Assembly (NCBI GenBank): GCA_030594725.1
Contig: JAUVEQ010000051.1
Location: 1 to 11,297 of the forward strand
Source: Methanobacteriota archaeon
Lineage (GTDB): Archaea; Thermoplasmatota; DTKX01; GCA-020343715
Direction: 5' to 3'
Length of the DNA: 11,297 nucleotides
In this document: one piece after another, positions 7,121 through 11,297 of the stretch
Position numbering within the stretch: the first letter of the stretch is position 1
Layout of the letters: the number at the start of each line of letters is the position of its first letter
Notes under the pieces: model-generated
Told to the model about the DNA's origin: nothing
Database searches by the model: none
The model's input: the letters and a program-made list of their open reading frames with translations, nothing else
Made by a program: the position numbers and the translations under genes

Positions 7121-7648
7121 GTGATAGACAGTAGACAATTCCTGCAGTTCGTAGTGGACAGGCCGCTTGGGTTCGATCACGACCGTGCTTTGGGATTCGA
7201 TCCAGAACGGAACCTCCTCTTCGGCGAGTACCGGGACCTTTGCTTCGACTGTGACAGGCACCTTGGGTTCGGTAAGCACGGTCCCGTGTTCCGAGGTCAG
7301 GCCTGTCCGAACTGCAGGACCCTTGTGGATATCCATGAGGGTGTCTGTCGCAATTGCGGCACGATCGTCCAAGTACAACGAAGGGCCATCGCGAAGAAAA
7401 GGTCCCATAGGAAGGAACGGACACGGACCGAGTCGATGCAGATATGTCCCAACTGCTCCTACAAGATACCTTCCGATGCCGTCTACTGCCCAAGATGCAG
7501 GGTGAAGCTCGACGAGTGGCGGGACTACATCAAGCGACTCCGCGAATGGGAGCAGGAGGTGGCGGACTCTCGCCAAGCACAGACGAAACGAAGTCCCCAG
7601 CAGCAGAGCTACCGGGACGACTACTATGATGTAACCAGGAGGCGATAG
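7121..7648 (+). CDS. Double zinc-ribbon protein with an N-terminal [DE]RxLGFD tandem-repeat region and a basic/coiled C-terminus; function unknown
   Basis: GTG start with a GGAGGT SD at -6. There are five tandem 8-aa repeats (DRPLGFDH / DRALGFDP / ERNLLFGE / YRDLCFDC / DRHLGFGK). Two CxxC...CxxC ribbons follow (CPNCRTLVDIHEGVCRNCG and CPNCSYKIPSDAVYCPRC), separated by a basic linker (RRAIAKKRSHRKERTR). The charged C-terminus is DEWRDYIKRLREWEQEVADSRQAQ. The SD for the downstream NfeD gene (GGAGG) is embedded in its last codons. Confidence 0.7.
   Translation: MIDSRQFLQFVVDRPLGFDHDRALGFDPERNLLFGEYRDLCFDCDRHLGFGKHGPVFRGQACPNCRTLVDIHEGVCRNCGTIVQVQRRAIAKKRSHRKERTRTESMQICPNCSYKIPSDAVYCPRCRVKLDEWRDYIKRLREWEQEVADSRQAQTKRSPQQQSYRDDYYDVTRRR
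7157..7276 (+). repeat. Five tandem imperfect 24-bp repeats within the CDS (units at 7157, 7181, 7205, 7229, 7253)
   Basis: gacaggccgcttgggttcgatcac / gaccgtgctttgggattcgatcca / gaacggaacctcctcttcggcgag / taccgggacctttgcttcgactgt / gacaggcaccttgggttcggtaag. Units 1 and 5 are identical at about 19 of 24 positions. All units are in frame and encode the [DE]RxL(G/L/C)F(D/G)x octads. Confidence 0.8.
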
Positions 7649-7650
7649 GA

Positions 7651-8226
7651 ATGGCAATTGAGATCAGCCTGTATCTGCTCATCACCCTCATCTGCGGGGT
7701 CACCCTGATAATAATGGCCCTGTTCGGGTTCGGCGACATGGGGGACATGGACTTCGACGCGAGCCCCGATGTGGATATCGGGCATTTCGAGGCAGGTCAC
7801 GGGGACGTGGGTGTGGGCCTCAGCCCCCTCAGCCTGCCATTGGTCCTTTCGTTCGGGACATGTTTCGGCGCTTTCGGAACGATATTCACTGCCATGGAGT
7901 GGAATCCGCTCGTGGTCGCAATCGTGGCAGCCCTGATCAGCCTGGGCATAAGCGCCCTTCTGTTCTTCGTCCTGCTCAAGGCATTCATCCAGACGCAGGC
8001 GAACACCCAGGTATCCTTCAAGACCCTTGTTGGGAAGGATGCACAGGTGACGATCCCGATCAAGCCCGGAGAGAACGGGCAGATACTGATAATCACTGAG
8101 GAAAGGGGGCGGACCCTTATCACCGCCACGTCCGACGATGAGATCTCGAAGGACGCCATAGTTACTATCCGAGAGTTTGTTGGAAGCACTGCATTAGTGA
8201 GGAAAAAAACGGGTTTGGTGGATTAG
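7651..8226 (+). CDS. NfeD-like membrane protein, short form (YuaF/YqiJ-like; flotillin-associated, C-terminal OB-fold)
   Basis: 191 aa. It has an N-terminal TM helix, an acidic GDMGDMDFDASPDVDIGHFEAGHGDVG segment, further TM helices, and a C-terminal beta-rich region (VGKDAQVTIPIKPGENGQILIITEERGRTLITATSDDEISKDAIVTI) typical of the NfeD OB-fold. The ATG is 2 nt after the upstream stop, with a GGAGG SD. Its own stop abuts the flotillin ATG directly. Confidence 0.85.
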   Translation: MAIEISLYLLITLICGVTLIIMALFGFGDMGDMDFDASPDVDIGHFEAGHGDVGVGLSPLSLPLVLSFGTCFGAFGTIFTAMEWNPLVVAIVAALISLGISALLFFVLLKAFIQTQANTQVSFKTLVGKDAQVTIPIKPGENGQILIITEERGRTLITATSDDEISKDAIVTIREFVGSTALVRKKTGLVD

Positions 8227-9804
8227 ATGGTAGAGATATCTAGTGCGATCTTGGTAATCGTCATATTGTTCGGTGCATTGATCTCAATGCTCATTATCTA
8301 TGCAGCGAGATACAAGAAGGTCCCGCCCGATAAGGCGATGGTCGTTTATGGTAGGAAGATGAAACCTGGCAAAACGATTGGTTATCAGGTTATCTCGGGT
8401 GGGGGTAAGTTCATCCTGCCCATCATCGAGGCGTACGAGTTCCTGCCACTGGACGTCAGGACCCTTGACATCCACGTGGACGATATCGTCACCGACGTCG
8501 TACGATCGGGTGCGAAGATCAACATCAAGTCGGTCACGCAGGTGAAGGTGTCAAGCGAGGCCGAATCCCTCAAGGTCGCTGCGGAGCACCTGCTCCACAA
8601 GAGCAATGCGGAGATCGACGAGATCGCACTGAAGACCCTGGAGGGGCACGTCCGTGGCGTGTGTGCCACCATGACCATCGAGGCAATTAACTCCGACCGG
8701 GACACCATCTCGGGCAAGATCCAGACGATGGCCACCTCGGACCTCAAGAACATGGGCATCGACATCCGCTCGTTCGTCATCAAGGAGATCGAGGACGAGC
8801 ACGGCTACCTCGACGCCCTCGGTATCAAGAGGACCGAGGAGGTCAAGAGGGACGCCCGTATCGGTAAGGCGATCGCCAACAGGGAGGCCACCATCCAGGA
8901 GGCCATCGCAGCCCAGGAGGCGGAAAAGGCGAACGCCGAGGCCGAGGCCAAGGTCGCCCTCTATCACAGGGACCGCGACATCACCCGCCAGCTGGCGGAG
9001 GCCGAGGTCGAGAAGGAGCGCGCGAACAAGGAGATCGCCTTCAACATCCAAGATTCCGTACGACAGCAGGAACTGATCGTCGAGAAGAGGACCATCGACC
9101 TGCGTGACAAGGAGAAGTCCATAGAGGTCGAGGCGGCCGAGGTCAAGCGCATGGAGCAGGAGCAGAAGGCATCACAGGTGGTTCCCGCCGAGCAGCGTGC
9201 GGACGCCGTTGCCGCGGAGGCCGACGGTAATAAGAGGGTGGAGGTCACCCTCGCCGAGGGCGAGCGGCAGAAGCGCATCCTGATCGCGGAGGGAGAGAAG
9301 CAGAACCTTTCGCTGACGGCGGACGGCCAGGCGGACAAGATCCGCAAGGAAGGCACCGCCGAGGCGGACGTAATCAGGTTGATGGGCGACGGCGAGGCAG
9401 CGGCCATCAGGGCCAAGGGTCTCGCCGAGGCCGACGCGATCAAGGCGAAGGGACTCGCCGAGGCGGAGGCCATGGAGAAGAAGGCCGCGGCGTGGTCCAA
9501 GTATGGCGAGGCCGCGATAGCCTCACTCATCATCGACGCCCTGCCGGAGATCGCCCACGAGATCAGCATCCCGCTGCTCAACACCGAGAAGATCATCATC
9601 ATGGGTGGAGAGGGTCAGGCCGGTCTGGTCAACAGGTCGGCGGACATCCTCGCAAAGCTCCCAGTGGTGGTGGAATCCCTCACGGGCCAGAGCATCACCG
9701 ACCTCATCGGCAACATCTCGTGTGCTGCCGGCAAGGGGCTTCGGGGCGACTGTGACGACAAGGGCACGGAAGCCGCTCAATGGGAGGCTGCCGAGACCAA
9801 GTAA
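8227..9804 (+). CDS. floT: Flotillin-like SPFH protein (FloT/YuaG/YqiK type)
   Basis: 525 aa. It has an N-terminal TM/hairpin (ILVIVILFGALISMLIIYAA), then an SPFH domain (KAMVVYGRKMKPGKTIGYQVISGGGKFILPIIEAYEFLPLDVRTLDIHVDDIVTDV...). A long EA-rich coiled-coil 'flotillin' region follows (AEGEKQ..., IRAKGLAEADAIKAKGLAEAEAMEKKAAAWSKYGEAA), then the conserved C-terminal segment (ASLIIDALPEIAHEISIPLLNTEKIIIMGGEG). The ATG directly abuts the NfeD stop, with a GGTGGA SD 4 nt upstream. Confidence 0.92.
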   Translation: MVEISSAILVIVILFGALISMLIIYAARYKKVPPDKAMVVYGRKMKPGKTIGYQVISGGGKFILPIIEAYEFLPLDVRTLDIHVDDIVTDVVRSGAKINIKSVTQVKVSSEAESLKVAAEHLLHKSNAEIDEIALKTLEGHVRGVCATMTIEAINSDRDTISGKIQTMATSDLKNMGIDIRSFVIKEIEDEHGYLDALGIKRTEEVKRDARIGKAIANREATIQEAIAAQEAEKANAEAEAKVALYHRDRDITRQLAEAEVEKERANKEIAFNIQDSVRQQELIVEKRTIDLRDKEKSIEVEAAEVKRMEQEQKASQVVPAEQRADAVAAEADGNKRVEVTLAEGERQKRILIAEGEKQNLSLTADGQADKIRKEGTAEADVIRLMGDGEAAAIRAKGLAEADAIKAKGLAEAEAMEKKAAAWSKYGEAAIASLIIDALPEIAHEISIPLLNTEKIIIMGGEGQAGLVNRSADILAKLPVVVESLTGQSITDLIGNISCAAGKGLRGDCDDKGTEAAQWEAAETK

Positions 9805-9856
9805 TAATGTACATAAGTAGTGTACAGGGGTACACCCATCAGGGAGCGATGATGGC

Positions 9857-10081
9857 ATGAGCGAGGAAGAGGACCTGGTGATCACAGCTCGGGTGCTTCC
9901 CGAGAACCGGGAGGTGTACGAGACCCTCCTCAAGATGAGCCTCCAGAGCGGCCTGACGGCCGACGAGGTGAACACCCAACTGTTCAATGCAGGCCTCTTC
10001 GAGTGGGTGTCACGTGTCAGTACAGGGCTTGCCGATGGGCCAGGAACCGAGGGCGGCGACGGAGAAGAGGATCCCGCGTGA
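9857..10081 (+). CDS. Small acidic hypothetical protein (74 aa), likely the last gene of the flotillin operon
   Basis: ATG with an AGGGAG SD 10 nt upstream, 52 bp after the flotillin stop. No terminator lies between them, and the strong terminator follows immediately after this ORF. The protein is MSEEEDLVITARVLPENREVYETLLKMSLQSGLTADEVNTQLFNAGLFEWV..., ending in an acidic Gly-rich tail (GPGTEGGDGEEDPA). No family recognised. Confidence 0.5.
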   Translation: MSEEEDLVITARVLPENREVYETLLKMSLQSGLTADEVNTQLFNAGLFEWVSRVSTGLADGPGTEGGDGEEDPA

Positions 10082-10094
10082 CCGGCCAGAGAAT

Positions 10095-10125
10095 GGGGGG
10101 CCAGCAACCCCCCGGGCCTTTTTTT
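10095..10125 (+). terminator. Hairpin plus T-run terminator closing the flotillin operon
   Basis: GGGGGG (10095-10100), loop ccagcaa, CCCCCC (10108-10113), then gggcc followed by TTTTTTT (10119-10125). A second T5 run lies at 10136-10140. Oligo-T runs are the main archaeal termination signal. Confidence 0.55.
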
Positions 10126-10267
10126 CCCATATCTATTTTTAGGACGCCCTAAGGATAGTGAATCCACTCAGTTCCACGATTTGTTGATGGAATGCACTCG
10201 AATCGATCTCGAACCAGCATCCCCTGGCTTGTCCTTTCAGGGGCTATCAGAACCCATTCAGTAATAA

Positions 10268-10277
10268 TTTATATATA
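10268..10277 (+). promoter_or_regulatory. TATA box (TTTATATATA) for the substrate-binding protein gene
   Basis: It is centred about 50 bp upstream of the TTG at 10322. This predicts a roughly 23-nt leader carrying GGGAGGGT (10307-10314), 7 nt before the start. Confidence 0.5.
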
Positions 10278-10321
10278 CAAGGTAGAAACATTCAGTGGAC
10301 AGCCTCTGGGAGGGTACTACA

Positions 10322-11297
10322 TTGAGGTTGAAAAGAAAAATAGCTTTTGCGTTAGTGGCAATAATGGTAATCGGAACGGTCGCTCCAATTGTCGGCACTA
10401 CTCTGGCAGCGGGCGATGAAGAGGTCCTGCGCATCGCGATGCAGCAGGACATGCCGAATTTCAACAATTTCGATCTGAACTCGAATTCGGTATGGAAGAA
10501 CTACGTCATCGGTAAGTGGTGCTGGGAGGGCCTATCGGGCCTAGATCCCGGTGGCATCATCTACCCCGCGATGGCGTCTGGATGGGTATTCGATGATACG
10601 GATGAGACAAATCTCACCGTCACTGTCGACATCCGTCCCGATATAACGTTCCACGACGGCGAGACAATGGACGCAGATGATGTCTACTTCACCTTCAGCT
10701 CGCTGAGGGACGGCACCACCTACGCCTCCAACCTCATCGACGCCTTCGACGCCGATGGTGATGGGACGTGCACTGCCGACGAGATCGACGGCACCATCGA
10801 CGCGAATGGCGACGGTTCCTTCGAGGGCCTCACCATTGTCGATCCCTTGACCGTCAAGATGATCATGGGCAAGCCGTACGGCCAGTTCTTCCTGATGACC
10901 CTGGGCATACCGATCATACCCGAGCACATCTGGGCAGACCATCTCACCGATGGGATCGTTGACATCCTCTGGAACACCGACCCCGCAGCCACCATAGGCA
11001 CGGGCCCGATGTACTATCATTCCGGCGAAGCCGATGTGTTCCGCCGCGTGGTGGTATTCGAGGATTACTGGGGAGTGGATGAGAAGACCCCCTCGGGAGA
11101 CTGGATGTATCCACAGCAGGTGACGGAGATCTACTTCACCCTCTATGCCTCGCTGGACACCGCCATCCTGGCCCTCAAGTCAGGCCTGGTGGACCACATC
11201 CCGTGGACGGTGACCCCCGGTTACGTGCCTGACCTCATCGAGAACCCCAACACCGACATCGAGTCCATCTCGGACAACGGTTACTTCTACCTGGCGT
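10322..11297 (+). CDS. ABC transporter substrate-binding protein, family 5 (oligopeptide/dipeptide/nickel-binding type), 5' portion; gene continues past the window end
   Basis: The frame starting at 10322 is open and GC3-rich to the window end and has no entry in the ORF track. The N-terminal signal/anchor is (M)RLKRKIAFALVAIMVIGTVAPIVGTTLAAG, followed by EEVLRIAMQQDMPNFNNFDLNSNSVWKNYVIGKWCWEGLSGLDPGGIIYPAMASGWVFDDTDETNLTVTVDIRPDITFHDGETMDADDVYFTFSS..., which is typical of SBP family 5. The start is tentatively placed at the TTG at 10322, which has the best SD; the ATG at 10364 is the alternative. Minus-strand ORFs 10541..11020 and 10720..11001 are antisense shadows. Confidence 0.8.
   Translation, partial: MRLKRKIAFALVAIMVIGTVAPIVGTTLAAGDEEVLRIAMQQDMPNFNNFDLNSNSVWKNYVIGKWCWEGLSGLDPGGIIYPAMASGWVFDDTDETNLTVTVDIRPDITFHDGETMDADDVYFTFSSLRDGTTYASNLIDAFDADGDGTCTADEIDGTIDANGDGSFEGLTIVDPLTVKMIMGKPYGQFFLMTLGIPIIPEHIWADHLTDGIVDILWNTDPAATIGTGPMYYHSGEADVFRRVVVFEDYWGVDEKTPSGDWMYPQQVTEIYFTLYASLDTAILALKSGLVDHIPWTVTPGYVPDLIENPNTDIESISDNGYFYLA

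Noticed and set aside
6988-7134. 48-codon small ORF (MLRGSLFGSHNHLPRVANTFLLSKPIRKRRGLNIQPGGPNWRYHCDRQ) in the long spacer, with AAGGTG 4 nt upstream and a TATA-like box about 27 bp upstream
   Set aside because: The composition is not protein-like. The ORF reads straight through the probable operon TATA box and SD and overlaps the zinc-ribbon start by 14 nt. It is most likely a chance ORF. It is kept only as a remote leader-peptide possibility.
7160-7210. tRNA-like GGTTCGAT / GGATTCGATCC strings
   Set aside because: These are the codons for the LGFD repeat units inside the zinc-ribbon CDS. There is no acceptor-stem or anticodon-arm complementarity around them, so they are not a tRNA.
7061-7657. 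198-aa minus-strand ORF antisense to the zinc-ribbon gene
   Set aside because: It has no SD and no recognisable motifs (Pro/Val-rich). It would run through the operon promoter region and overlap the NfeD start. The plus-strand frame has a strong SD (GGAGGT plus 6 nt), four CxxC motifs in correct zinc-ribbon spacing, and a repeat that is in frame.
8551-10167. Minus-strand ORFs (8551..9051, 8964..9602, 9523..10167) antisense to flotillin and the small ORF
   Set aside because: They lie antisense to the EA-repeat coiled-coil region of flotillin, which generates Ser/Ala-rich open frames on the opposite strand. They have no motifs and overlap the operon terminator.
10221-10243. Inverted repeat CCCCTG-N11-CAGGGG downstream of the operon terminator
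   Set aside because: It is a short 6-bp stem with a long loop and no T-run. It lies between the terminator and the SBP promoter with no clear function, so it is recorded as background and not as a finding.

Overview
This window is GC-rich (about 60% GC in coding sequence) with short AT-rich intergenic regions. Those regions carry archaeal-type TATA/BRE-like boxes placed about 27 bp upstream of ATG starts (leaderless) or about 27 bp upstream of 25-30 nt leaders that contain GGAGG-type Shine-Dalgarno sites. It is most likely an archaeal chromosome, possibly Thermoplasmatota or Methanomassiliicoccales-like, though the lineage cannot be fixed from the sequence. In order along the window: (a) a partial minus-strand gene at the 5' edge; (b) a pyrD-pyrK operon (class 1B dihydroorotate dehydrogenase, minus strand, 4-bp ATGA overlap); (c) a 720-aa membrane sensor histidine kinase (two TM helices, Cache-like sensor, HAMP, PAS, HisKA, HATPase) whose stop codon overlaps the ATG of an M24 Xaa-Pro peptidase (TGATG); (d) a convergent queD (CxxxHGH) gene; (e) a short stomatin-like SPFH protein divergent from queD; (f) a 383-bp AT-rich spacer; (g) the most interesting part, a tightly coupled operon encoding a novel double-zinc-ribbon protein with five tandem 24-bp/8-aa [DE]RxLGFD repeats, then a short-form NfeD (YuaF/YqiJ-like), then a 525-aa flotillin (FloT/YqiK-like), then a 74-aa acidic small protein, closed by a hairpin plus T7 terminator; (h) the 5' portion of a family-5 ABC substrate-binding protein that carries an EF-hand/Excalibur-like DxDxDG calcium-binding insert. 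No rRNA, tRNA, CRISPR or obvious mobile elements were seen. Many track ORFs are GC-rich antisense or out-of-frame shadows and were rejected.
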